A stretch of 64,000 bases of DNA, taken from Candidatus Deferrimicrobiaceae bacterium (GTDB lineage Bacteria; Desulfobacterota; Deferrimicrobia; Deferrimicrobiales; Deferrimicrobiaceae). The stretch's first letter is position 1; every line of letters begins with the position of its first letter. The stretch covers positions 32,001 through 96,000 of the forward strand of contig CAWBVY010000006.1 of the NCBI GenBank assembly GCA_963792415.1. Direction: 5' to 3'. The position numbers and the translations under genes were made by a program. This document shows positions 1-11,660 of this stretch, piece after piece. The notes beneath the pieces were generated by a model. The model had not been told where the DNA came from, did no database searches, and saw only the letters and a list, made by a program, of their open reading frames with translations.

Positions 1-420
1 ACCCGGGGACGGTATGCCGTGATGGCGATGGTATCGCTGGCCGCGTCGTCCCGGGGAAACCCCGTGCCGATCCAGACGATCGCGAAGCGGGAGTCGATCC
101 CCGAGCCGTACCTGCAGCAGCTTTTCCTGCGGCTGCGCAAGCAGAACATCGTGAAGAGCGTTCGCGGCCCCGGCGGCGGGTTCATCCTCGCCCGGGACCC
201 TTCCGGGATCACCGTCGGGGAGATCATCCGGACCGCGGAGGGGAAGCCCGCGCGGGTCGGTTGCCGCCGGTCGGGGGTCGCGTGCGGAAGGATCGACCGG
301 TGCCGGACCCAGGGGATGTGGGACGCCCTCGAGGCAAGGATCGAGGAGTTCCTCGATTCGATGTCCGTGCAGGACCTGTTCGAGGAGCGCCGGGAAACGC
401 GCGAGGAGGTGGGGGCGTGA
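1..420 (+). CDS. Rrf2-family (IscR/CymR-like) transcriptional regulator, 5' end outside window
   Basis: Frame 1 reads TRGRYAVMAM...YLQQLF..L...SVRGPGGGF; three C-terminal Cys; upstream of a cysteine desulfurase. Confidence 0.9.
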   Translation, partial: TRGRYAVMAMVSLAASSRGNPVPIQTIAKRESIPEPYLQQLFLRLRKQNIVKSVRGPGGGFILARDPSGITVGEIIRTAEGKPARVGCRRSGVACGRIDRCRTQGMWDALEARIEEFLDSMSVQDLFEERRETREEVGA

Positions 421-1595
421 GGAGGATCTACTTCGACCACAACGCCACGACCCCGGTCCACCCGATGGTGGCGGCCGCCGTGCAGCCGTTCCTCGGCGAA
501 CACTTCGGAAATCCCTCCAGCATCCACTGGGCGGGGCGGGACGTCCGCAAGGCGGTCGAGGATGCCCGGGCGGAGATCGCCGCGTTCTACGGATGCCGCC
601 CTCTGGAGGTCGTCTTCACGAGCTCCGGGACCGAGGCCGACAACCTTGCGGTGATTGGCGTGGCGCTCCGGGCGGGGAACGCGGGGAAGCACATCGTCAC
701 GTCGCAGGTGGAGCATCCTGCGATCATGAACACGTGCCGGTTCCTCGAGTCGCAGGGGTTCCGCGTGACGTACGTCCCGGTCAACCGCCAGGGGATCGTG
801 GAGCCCGACGCGGTCCGGAGTGCGCTTGCGAAAGATACGATCCTCGTTACCATCATGGCGGCGAACAACGAGACCGGCTGCCTGATGCCCATCGCGGAGA
901 TCGGCGCGATCGCGCGGGACGCCGGCGTGCTCATGCACACCGACGCGGTCCAGGCGACCGGCAAGGTTCCGCTCCCATGGGAGTCCCTTCCCGTGGATCT
1001 GCTGACGTTTTCCGGGCACAAGGTGAACGGCATCAAGGGGGCGGGCGGGCTGATCGTGAGGAAGGGGGTCGAGATCGAGGCGGTCCTCCACGGGGGGCAC
1101 CAGGAGCGGGGCCGGCGGGGCGGCACCGAGAACGTGGTGGGGATCGTCGGGATGGGGAAGGCGTTCTCCCTCCTGTCGGAAAACATGGCGGGGGAGGCGG
1201 CCGAGGTCCGCCGGCTCCGGGACGCGTTCGAGCGGGCGTTGTTCGCGCGGATCCCCGACCTCGTGCTGAACGGACACCCCACCCTGCGGCTTCCGAACAC
1301 GGTCAACATCTCGTTCCGGTTCGTGGAAGGGGAGGCGCTGCTGCTGAACCTCGACATGATGGGGATCGCCTGCTCCTCGGGCTCCGCCTGCACCTCGGGG
1401 TCGCTCGAGGGGTCGCCGATCCTGGCGGCGATGGGGGCCGACCCGACGGATTCCCAGGGCGCCCTCCGGTTCTCCCTCGGGTTCGGGAACACGGACGACG
1501 ACGTGGCGTACGCGGTGGACGCCATCGAGACGGTCGTCGACAAGCTTCGGGCGATGTCGCCGCTCTACCACCCGCAAAAGGCGAAAGCGCGATGA
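417..1595 (+). CDS. iscS: Cysteine desulfurase (IscS/NifS class)
   Basis: IYFDHNATTP, HTDAVQ, SGHK (PLP Lys), SSGSACTS (catalytic Cys); GTG start overlaps the Rrf2 stop. Confidence 0.93.
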   Translation: MRRIYFDHNATTPVHPMVAAAVQPFLGEHFGNPSSIHWAGRDVRKAVEDARAEIAAFYGCRPLEVVFTSSGTEADNLAVIGVALRAGNAGKHIVTSQVEHPAIMNTCRFLESQGFRVTYVPVNRQGIVEPDAVRSALAKDTILVTIMAANNETGCLMPIAEIGAIARDAGVLMHTDAVQATGKVPLPWESLPVDLLTFSGHKVNGIKGAGGLIVRKGVEIEAVLHGGHQERGRRGGTENVVGIVGMGKAFSLLSENMAGEAAEVRRLRDAFERALFARIPDLVLNGHPTLRLPNTVNISFRFVEGEALLLNLDMMGIACSSGSACTSGSLEGSPILAAMGADPTDSQGALRFSLGFGNTDDDVAYAVDAIETVVDKLRAMSPLYHPQKAKAR

Positions 1596-2677
1596 CGAAG
1601 AAACGGATCCTGGCGGCGATGAGCGGGGGGGTCGACTCCTCCGTGGCGGCGCTGCTCCTGCAGCGGGACGGGTGGGAGGTCATCGGCATCTCGATGGACC
1701 TCTACGACTATTCGGCCGTGACGCGGGATCGCGAGGGGACGTGCTGCTCGCTGGACGACCTGTACGACGCCCGGCGCGTGTGCGACACCCTGGGGATCCC
1801 CTACTACGTCCTCAACCTGCGGGACGAATTCCGCAGGGAGGTGATCGACCCGTTCGTCCGGGAGTACCAGGCGGGCCGGACGCCGAATCCGTGCATCCTG
1901 TGCAACGAGCACATGAAATTCCGCGCGCTGCTGCGCAAGGCCGACGAGCTCGGGGCGGAAGGGGTCGCCACGGGGCATTACGCGGTCATCCGCACGGAGC
2001 CCGACGGGCGTTGCCGCCTCTTCACCTCGCCGGACGTCCGGAAGGACCAGTCGTACTTTCTCTATTCGCTCGACTCCGACCGGCTGCGGCGGATCCGGTT
2101 CCCCGTGGGGGAGATGATGAAGGAGCAGGTGCGGGAGATCGCCCTCGGCGCGGGGCTGCCGGTGTACGAGAAGCGGGAGAGCCAGGACATCTGCTTCGTC
2201 ACCGACGACTCCTACACCCGGTTCCTCGAGAGCCGTGGGATCCGCGAGGACCGCGGGCGCTTCGTGGACCGGGAGGGGAACTTCCTGGGGAACCACAAGG
2301 GGATCCTGCACTACACGGTCGGGCAGCGAAAGGGGATCGGGATCGCGTCGAAGGAGCCGCTCTACGTCGTGGCGATCGACGCCGGGAGGAACGAGGTCGT
2401 TCTCGGCAGCGACGGGGAAACGTTCTCCGGAGGGGCGACGGTCGTCTCCCCGACTTTCGTTGCCGGCTCCCCGCCGGGGGAGGAGTTCCGCGCGACGGCC
2501 CGGGTGCGGTACCACCACCCCGGGGCGCCGTGCTCCGTGAAGGCGACGGGGGACCGTCTCGCGGTCACCTTCGAGACGCCCCAGCGCAGCGTGACCCCCG
2601 GGCAGGCGCTCGTCCTTTACGACGGGGACGAGGTCCTCGGCGGGGGCTGCATCGAATGCGCGGCCGACTCTCGGTAG
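1592..2677 (+). CDS. mnmA: tRNA-specific 2-thiouridylase
   Basis: AMSGGVDSS, PNPCILCN, ATGHY, KDQSYFL, ESQDICF, YTVGQRKG, TPGQ. Confidence 0.95.
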   Translation: MTKKRILAAMSGGVDSSVAALLLQRDGWEVIGISMDLYDYSAVTRDREGTCCSLDDLYDARRVCDTLGIPYYVLNLRDEFRREVIDPFVREYQAGRTPNPCILCNEHMKFRALLRKADELGAEGVATGHYAVIRTEPDGRCRLFTSPDVRKDQSYFLYSLDSDRLRRIRFPVGEMMKEQVREIALGAGLPVYEKRESQDICFVTDDSYTRFLESRGIREDRGRFVDREGNFLGNHKGILHYTVGQRKGIGIASKEPLYVVAIDAGRNEVVLGSDGETFSGGATVVSPTFVAGSPPGEEFRATARVRYHHPGAPCSVKATGDRLAVTFETPQRSVTPGQALVLYDGDEVLGGGCIECAADSR

Positions 2678-3936
2678 CAACCGTCGGCTGCAAGGCGAAC
2701 TTCGCCGACTCCGCGGCGATCCTCGCTCACGCGGCACGCGCCGGGTTCGAACTTGTGGGGGACGGAGACCCCGCCGACGTCCTGGTCATCAACAGCTGCA
2801 CCGTCACCCGCAGGGCCGACCGGGATTGCCGGTCGCTGGCCCGGCGCCTGCGCCGAAAGCATCCGGGCGCGGTCCTCGTGATGACCGGCTGCTTCGCGGA
2901 AACGAGCCCCGAAGCCCGCGCGTCCGTGCCCGAGGTGGACCATTGGCTCGGGATCCGCGAGCCGTCCGGCCTGCCGAGGCTGCTTCGCTCCCTGGCCGGC
3001 GGCGCGCCTCCGCCCGAAGAGGAGTTGTCCGATTTCGCGGCGGACCGGTTGCTGGGGCACAGCCGCGTATTCCTGAAGGTCCAGGACGGGTGCGATGGGG
3101 CGTGCGCCTACTGCGTCGTTCCGAAAGCGCGGGGGTCCGGCCGGTCCCTGCCGCGGCGGGAGATCGTCGAGCGCGCGGTCCGGGCGAAAAGCGACGGCGC
3201 CAGGGAGATCGTCCTGACCGGGATCCACGTCGGGCGGTACGGTGCCGACCGCGGCGACCGTGACGGCCTCGCGGGACTCGTCGAGGCGCTTCTCCGGGCG
3301 ACGTCCGGGTGCAGGTTCCGCCTGGGCTCGGTCGAGCCCCTCGAGATCACGTCCGCGCTCGTTTCCCTCCTTTCCACGCGAGACCGTCTCTGCCCTCATC
3401 TCCACGTCCCGCTGCAGGCCGGTTCCGACCGGGTCCTCCTCCGGATGCGCCGGCCATATACGGCGAGGCAGTATCGTGAGAGACTAGAGCTGCTCGCCGC
3501 CGAGGTCCCGGGGATCCGTCTGGGGGCCGACGTGATCGCCGGGTTTCCGGGGGAGACCGCCGACGATTTCGAGGAGACGATGCGGCTGATCCGCGCCACC
3601 CCGTTGAGCTACCTTCACGCATTTCCATACTCCCCCCGTCCCGGGACCGAGAGCGCGGGATGGCCGGACGACGTGACCGCGGGGGAGAAGACGCGGAGGG
3701 TCGCGCGCCTTCGGACGGAGGATGCCGCGATCCGCAGGGAGTACCTCGAGAAACAGGTGGGGAAGACCCTGGTCGTGGCGGCGTCGGCGAGGGACCCGAA
3801 TACCGGGGAGATGCGCGGGACCACGGAAAATTACGCCGAGGCGGTCTTCCGCGCGGCGACCGGCGCGCGCGGGGAGCTGATCCCCGTCCGGATCGACGCC
3901 GTTCGCGGCGAACACCTCGAGGGGACGGCCGTTTGA
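2656..3936 (+). CDS. mtaB: tRNA methylthiotransferase (MtaB-like radical SAM)
   Basis: GCKAN, INSCTVT, VQDGCDGACAYC (CxxxCxxC), HVPLQAGSD, AFPYSPRPGT. Confidence 0.85.
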   Translation: MRGRLSVATVGCKANFADSAAILAHAARAGFELVGDGDPADVLVINSCTVTRRADRDCRSLARRLRRKHPGAVLVMTGCFAETSPEARASVPEVDHWLGIREPSGLPRLLRSLAGGAPPPEEELSDFAADRLLGHSRVFLKVQDGCDGACAYCVVPKARGSGRSLPRREIVERAVRAKSDGAREIVLTGIHVGRYGADRGDRDGLAGLVEALLRATSGCRFRLGSVEPLEITSALVSLLSTRDRLCPHLHVPLQAGSDRVLLRMRRPYTARQYRERLELLAAEVPGIRLGADVIAGFPGETADDFEETMRLIRATPLSYLHAFPYSPRPGTESAGWPDDVTAGEKTRRVARLRTEDAAIRREYLEKQVGKTLVVAASARDPNTGEMRGTTENYAEAVFRAATGARGELIPVRIDAVRGEHLEGTAV

Positions 3937-4628
3937 CGTTTTCCACGTTCGAGGAACGGATCGGATACCGATTCTCCGCTCCGGATCTGCTCGAGGAGGC
4001 GCTGCGGCACGGCTCCGCCCCCGGGCACGAGGAAGGGAAGCGGTCGTACGAGCGGCTCGAGTTCCTGGGGGACGCCGTGCTGAACCTCTGCGTCGCGCAG
4101 GAGATGTACCGGTTGCTGCCGCTGGCAGGGGAGGGGGTCCTCACAAAGGCGCGGGCCTCGATCATCAACAACCGGAACCTCGCGAAGATCGCGGAGCGGA
4201 TCGGCGTCCCGGGATCGCTGCGGATCGACCCTTCCGTGCGCCGGAAGGGGGTCGGGGTCACCCGGAAGATGGCCGCCGACGCCGTGGAGGCGGTCATCGG
4301 GGCGATCTTCCTCGACGGCGGGCACGAGGCGGCCCTCCGGTTCGTGCGAAGCCATTTCCGCCTCCCGGACCTGATGGGCGCGCTGGTCGCCGGGTTCGAC
4401 GCGAAGTCGCGGCTGCAGGAGTGGTGCCAGGGGGAGCGTCTACCTCTCCCGGCGTACACGCTCCTGTCCGCCGAGGGACCGCCGCACGACCGGCTCTTCC
4501 GGGTGGAGGTCCGGGTGGAGGGGCAGGCGCCGGCCGGGGGATGCGGAACGTCACTCAAGGAGGCGGAGATGGACGCGGCGTCGAAAGCGATATCGTTTCT
4601 CCTGGGCGCCGGCGGGGAGACCCCGTGA
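3933..4628 (+). CDS. rnc: Ribonuclease III
   Basis: ERLEFLGDAVL signature, C-terminal dsRBD (KSRLQEW..GPPH); TTG start. Confidence 0.93.
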   Translation: MTFSTFEERIGYRFSAPDLLEEALRHGSAPGHEEGKRSYERLEFLGDAVLNLCVAQEMYRLLPLAGEGVLTKARASIINNRNLAKIAERIGVPGSLRIDPSVRRKGVGVTRKMAADAVEAVIGAIFLDGGHEAALRFVRSHFRLPDLMGALVAGFDAKSRLQEWCQGERLPLPAYTLLSAEGPPHDRLFRVEVRVEGQAPAGGCGTSLKEAEMDAASKAISFLLGAGGETP

Positions 4629-5521
4629 ACCGGAAATCGGGGTTCGTCGCCCTGCTGGGTCGCCCCAACGTGGGGAAATCGACCCTGCTCAACCGGATCG
4701 TGCGCGCCAAGATCGCGATCGTCACGAGGAAACCGCAGACGACGCGGGACCGGATCGCGGGGATTCTCACGGAGACGCGGGGGCAGATCGTATTCCTCGA
4801 CAGCCCCGGGATCCACAAGCCGACGAGGGCCCTCAATTCCCACATGGTCCGCACCGCCTGCCGGATCGGCGAGGAGGCCGACATCGTCGCCCATGTGATC
4901 GACGACCGTCCGGTGGGGAAAGGGCCGGAGGACGCCATGGTCCGCGGGATCCTCGAAAAGATCCCGGTACCGCGCATCCTCGTGGTGAACAAGGTCGACC
5001 GGATCGGGCGGGCGGCGGCGGACGAGGTCCGGAAGGGTCTCGCGCGGGACGATTTCTACGCCGCGTCGTTCCTCGTCTCCGCGACCAAGGGGGACGGCGT
5101 GGAGGCATTCGTGACCGCGCTCTTCGCGCGGTTGCCCGAAGGGCCGGCGTTCTACCCGGAAGAGGACCTTACCGACCTCCCGATGCGCTTCATCGCCAAG
5201 GAGGTGATCCGCGAAAAGCTCTTCGAGGGTCTCGACGAGGAGATCCCCTACAGCGTCGCGGTGCGGATCGACGAATATAAGGAAGAGCCCGAGAAGAACC
5301 TGATCCGCATCCGGGCCGAGATCCTCGTGGAGCGGGATTCCCAGAAGGGGATCGTGATCGGGAAGGGCGGCGCGTTCCTGAAGAAGGTCGGGATCGCCTC
5401 GCGCATCGAGCTCGAGAAGGAGACGGGGTCGCGGGTATACCTCGAACTGTTCGTCGTCGTAGAACGGGACTGGTCGAGAAGCGAATCGATGTTGAGGCAT
5501 CTGGGATATGAGCCCGTCTAG
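4625..5521 (+). CDS. era: GTPase Era
   Basis: GFVALLGRPNVGKST, KPQTTR, NKVD, KH domain with SQKGIVIGKGG. Confidence 0.95.
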   Translation: MNRKSGFVALLGRPNVGKSTLLNRIVRAKIAIVTRKPQTTRDRIAGILTETRGQIVFLDSPGIHKPTRALNSHMVRTACRIGEEADIVAHVIDDRPVGKGPEDAMVRGILEKIPVPRILVVNKVDRIGRAAADEVRKGLARDDFYAASFLVSATKGDGVEAFVTALFARLPEGPAFYPEEDLTDLPMRFIAKEVIREKLFEGLDEEIPYSVAVRIDEYKEEPEKNLIRIRAEILVERDSQKGIVIGKGGAFLKKVGIASRIELEKETGSRVYLELFVVVERDWSRSESMLRHLGYEPV

Positions 5522-6836
5522 GTTCACGGTGGCGCTGGTGGGGCGCCCGAACGTGGGAAAGTCCACCCTCTTCAACCGGATGGCGCGGAAGCGGCGGGCC
5601 ATCACGTTCGATCAGCCGGGGATCACCCGGGACCTCGTCGCCGAGCCGGTGGAGTACGACGGCCGCCGTTTTCTCCTCGTCGACACCGGCGGGTACATGA
5701 CGGGCGAGGGGGAGGACGATCTCCTCCCGAAGATCCGGGGGCAGGTCCTGCGGGCGGTCTACGAGTCCGACCTGGTCGTCTTCCTGGTCGATTCCCGCGA
5801 CGGGCTGCTCCCCCTCGACAAGGAGATCGCGGGCATGCTGCGGGAGCGCGGAAAGCCGGTCCTGCTCGCGGCGAACAAGGTGGACGCGAAGGAAGGCAGG
5901 GAAGGGGTCTCCCAGTTCCACGCCCTCTCCATCGACGCGATCCATCCCGTTTCCGCGGAACACGGCACCGGGGTATCCGAACTGCTCGAAGCGATCGTCG
6001 CGCGGATTCCCGAACGGAACGACGACGGGGAGGCGACGGACGCGACGGACACCCCCCTTCCACGGATCGCCGTGGTTGGGCGTCCCAACGTTGGAAAGTC
6101 GACGCTCGTGAACACGCTGGCGGGATTCGAGCGGGTCATCGCCTCGGAGGTCCCGGGCACCACGCGCGACGCGATCGACGTGAGGGTGGAGCGGGACGGA
6201 AGGAAGTACCTTCTGATCGACACCGCGGGGATCCGCGCGAAGCGGAAGACCGAAGGGGCGGTGGAGATCTTCTCCGTGATGAAGAGCCTCGACTCGATCA
6301 AGCGGTGCGAACTCGCGATCCTCCTTGTCGACGGTCCCGGGGGGCTCACCCACCAGGACCGGCAGGTCCTGCGCTACATCCTCGACGAGGAGCGCGCGGT
6401 GGTCGTGGCCGCGAACAAGGCCGACGCCTGGACCACGGAGGAGGCGCGCCGGAAGGGGTTGCACGCGATCACGGAAGGACTCGATTACGCCTCCTTCGCG
6501 CCCGTCGTCCCCACGGTGGCCACTTCGGGGAAAGGGTTCCAGCAGCTCTTCCGGAAGATCGAGGAGGCCAGCGCGAACTTCCGCCTCCGCGTCCCGACCG
6601 GCGTGCTGAACCGCATGGCGCAGTCGTTCCTCTACACCGTCCCGATCCCTTCCCCGACGGGGAGGAACCGGGCGTTCTACATGACCCAGGTCGGGGTCGC
6701 GCCGCCCTCCTTCGCCATCTTCGTGAAGAACCGCAAGGGGATCCCGGACTCGTTCACCCGCTACCTGCAGAACAAGATCCGCGACCGCTTCGGATTCGAG
6801 GGGTCGCCCGTCCGCATCGTCTACCGGGAGCGATGA
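5508..6836 (+). CDS. der: Ribosome biogenesis GTPase Der/EngA
   Basis: Two tandem GRPNVGKST G-domains; C-terminal FGFEGSPV. Confidence 0.95.
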   Translation: MSPSRFTVALVGRPNVGKSTLFNRMARKRRAITFDQPGITRDLVAEPVEYDGRRFLLVDTGGYMTGEGEDDLLPKIRGQVLRAVYESDLVVFLVDSRDGLLPLDKEIAGMLRERGKPVLLAANKVDAKEGREGVSQFHALSIDAIHPVSAEHGTGVSELLEAIVARIPERNDDGEATDATDTPLPRIAVVGRPNVGKSTLVNTLAGFERVIASEVPGTTRDAIDVRVERDGRKYLLIDTAGIRAKRKTEGAVEIFSVMKSLDSIKRCELAILLVDGPGGLTHQDRQVLRYILDEERAVVVAANKADAWTTEEARRKGLHAITEGLDYASFAPVVPTVATSGKGFQQLFRKIEEASANFRLRVPTGVLNRMAQSFLYTVPIPSPTGRNRAFYMTQVGVAPPSFAIFVKNRKGIPDSFTRYLQNKIRDRFGFEGSPVRIVYRER

Positions 6837-7703
6837 TCCGTCGGGCGTCAAAGGCGTCCCGGGCCATCACGGAGGGGGCGGCGATCTTCTTCCGGAACCA
6901 CGGTTCGGTCTACAGCGCCGCCATCGCGTTCAACATCCTGCTCTCCGCGATCCCGGTCCTGTTCCTCGCCTTCGCGGCCACCGGCTGGATCATCGGGAAG
7001 AGCGAACTTCCATTCGCGCAGCTCAAGGAGATCTTGGGCAACACGTTCCCTTATGGCGCGCGGGTGCTCATTCCGAACCTTCGGAAATTGATGGAGGCGG
7101 GGGGAGCCTTCGGGATTCTCGGAACGGTGCTGCTCCTCTTGTCCTCCTGGTCCGCGACGGAAGCGGTCCACACGGCGCTTTCGGTGATGGTGAGGAGCAA
7201 GCGCCAGAAACGGATCTGGCGCTCCCTCGCGTTCCACGTCGTCTTCGTGGTCGTCCTCATCGTGCTGACCGCGGCCGCCATCATCGTGCCCCCCCTTTGG
7301 GACGGGATCTTCTACCTCACGAAGGGGATGTCTGCGCAGGTGGACCACGCGTTCCGGGGCATCATGAAGCTGGTCGCGGATATATTCATGGTGGGCATCA
7401 TGTTGCTGGGGAGCGTCCTGAGCTACCGATACCTCTCCCCGGGAAAAATCCGGCTTCGCAACGCGTTCGTGGGGACCGTGATCTTCCTCGCCCTGCTTCA
7501 GGGAATCAGGTACGGATTCATCTTTTACGTAAGGAAATTCAGCAAGTTGAATCTTCTTTACGGTTCCTTGTTCAGCATCATTTGTTTTATAATCGTTGCC
7601 TACCTCTTCGCGGCGGCGTATCTGTACGGTGCCAGCGTCATCGGAGTCCTGGAGCGCATGGGCAGGGAGGGGTCCATCCCGGCGGAGAAGGAAGGCGAAC
7701 CGG

Positions 7704-7726
<23 letters not shown>
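6833..7726 (+). CDS. YihY/BrkB-family membrane protein
   Basis: SAAIAFNILLS and YGSLFSII motifs; multiple hydrophobic segments. Confidence 0.8.
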
Positions 7727-10105
<2,379 letters not shown>

Positions 10106-10109
10106 CGGA

Positions 10110-11660
10110 TTGGACGGAAAGATCCTCATCCTCGATTTCGGGTCGCAATACACGATGCTCATCGCGCGGCGTGTGCGGGAGCAGCGCGTCTACAGCGAGA
10201 TCCACCCCTTCAACGTGGGGATCGATGTCGTGCGGGACTTCGCGCCGGCGGGGATCATCCTCTCCGGCGGGCCGTCCAGCGTCTACGACGCCGACGCCCC
10301 GCGGATCTCCAGGGAGGTTCTCGAGCTGGGCGTCCCCGTGCTGGGGATCTGCTACGGCATGCAGCTGATCGCCGACCTGCTGGGGGGCAAGGTCGGCCGG
10401 TCCGAGGAGAGGGAATACGGGGTCGCGCGCATCCGGGGGCAGTGGGGGAGCCCCCTCTTCCTCGGGATCGAGGAGTTCCGTCACGACATGGAGATCCCGG
10501 TCTGGATGAGCCACGGGGACCGGATCGACGAACTGCCGAAGGGGTTCTCCTCCATCGCGCGCTCCGGGAACTCGCCGATCGCCGCGATGTCGAATCACCA
10601 GGGGACGATCTTCGGCGTGCAGTTCCACCCCGAGGTGGTGCACACCCCCCGGGGCACGGAGATCCTCGCCAACTTCCTGTTCCGCGTCTGTGAACTTTCG
10701 CCCGACTGGACGATGCACTCCTTCATCGAGAGCAGCGTGAAGAGGATCCGGGAGAAGACGGGATCCGGGGAGGTCGTTCTCGGCCTCTCGGGAGGGGTCG
10801 ACTCCTCCGTCGCCGCGGTTCTCCTGCACAAGGCGATCGGCGACCGGCTCACCTGCATCTTCGTCGACAACGGGCTGCTGCGCGCCGGGGAGGCGGAGGA
10901 GGTCGTCCGGACCTTCCGCGACGCGATCGGGCTGCGGCTCGATTTCGTCGAAGCCTCCGCCCGGTTCCTCAAGGCGCTCGCCGGCGTGGCGGACCCGGAA
11001 CGGAAACGGAAGATCATCGGGAAGCTCTTCGTGCGCATCTTCGAGGAGGAGGCGCGGAAGATCCCCGGCGTCGGCTTCCTCGCGCAGGGGACCCTCTACC
11101 CGGACGTGATCGAGAGCGTATCGTTCAAGGGGCCCTCCGCCGTCATCAAGTCCCACCACAACGTGGGGGGTCTGCCGGAACGGATGCGCCTGAAGCTCGT
11201 CGAGCCGCTGCGCGAGCTGTTCAAGGACGAGGTCCGCGAGCTGGGGCAGGAGCTCGGGGTGCCTGCGCGCGTGCTCGAGAGGCAGCCGTTCCCCGGACCG
11301 GGTCTCGCGGTCCGCATCATCGGGCCGGTCACCGGGGAGCGGTTGCGCATCCTGCGCGAGGCCGACGCGATCGTCGACGGGGAGATCCGGGCGGCGGGCC
11401 TCTACGAGGCGATCTGGCAGTCGTTCGCCGTCCTGCTCCCGATCAAGACGGTCGGGGTGATGGGGGATTTCCGGACCTACGAGAACGTCGCCGCCATCCG
11501 GGCGGTCCACAGCCAGGACGGGATGACCGCCGATTGGGTGCGGCTGCCGTACGACGTGCTGCAGCGGATCTCCACGCGGATGATCAACGAGGTGAAGGGG
11601 ATCAACCGCGTCGTATACGACATCTCCTCGAAGCCCCCGGGAACCATCGAGTGGGAATGA
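10110..11660 (+). CDS. guaA: GMP synthase
   Basis: [36 protein letters not shown]; TTG start. Confidence 0.97.
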   Translation: MDGKILILDFGSQYTMLIARRVREQRVYSEIHPFNVGIDVVRDFAPAGIILSGGPSSVYDADAPRISREVLELGVPVLGICYGMQLIADLLGGKVGRSEEREYGVARIRGQWGSPLFLGIEEFRHDMEIPVWMSHGDRIDELPKGFSSIARSGNSPIAAMSNHQGTIFGVQFHPEVVHTPRGTEILANFLFRVCELSPDWTMHSFIESSVKRIREKTGSGEVVLGLSGGVDSSVAAVLLHKAIGDRLTCIFVDNGLLRAGEAEEVVRTFRDAIGLRLDFVEASARFLKALAGVADPERKRKIIGKLFVRIFEEEARKIPGVGFLAQGTLYPDVIESVSFKGPSAVIKSHHNVGGLPERMRLKLVEPLRELFKDEVRELGQELGVPARVLERQPFPGPGLAVRIIGPVTGERLRILREADAIVDGEIRAAGLYEAIWQSFAVLLPIKTVGVMGDFRTYENVAAIRAVHSQDGMTADWVRLPYDVLQRISTRMINEVKGINRVVYDISSKPPGTIEWE

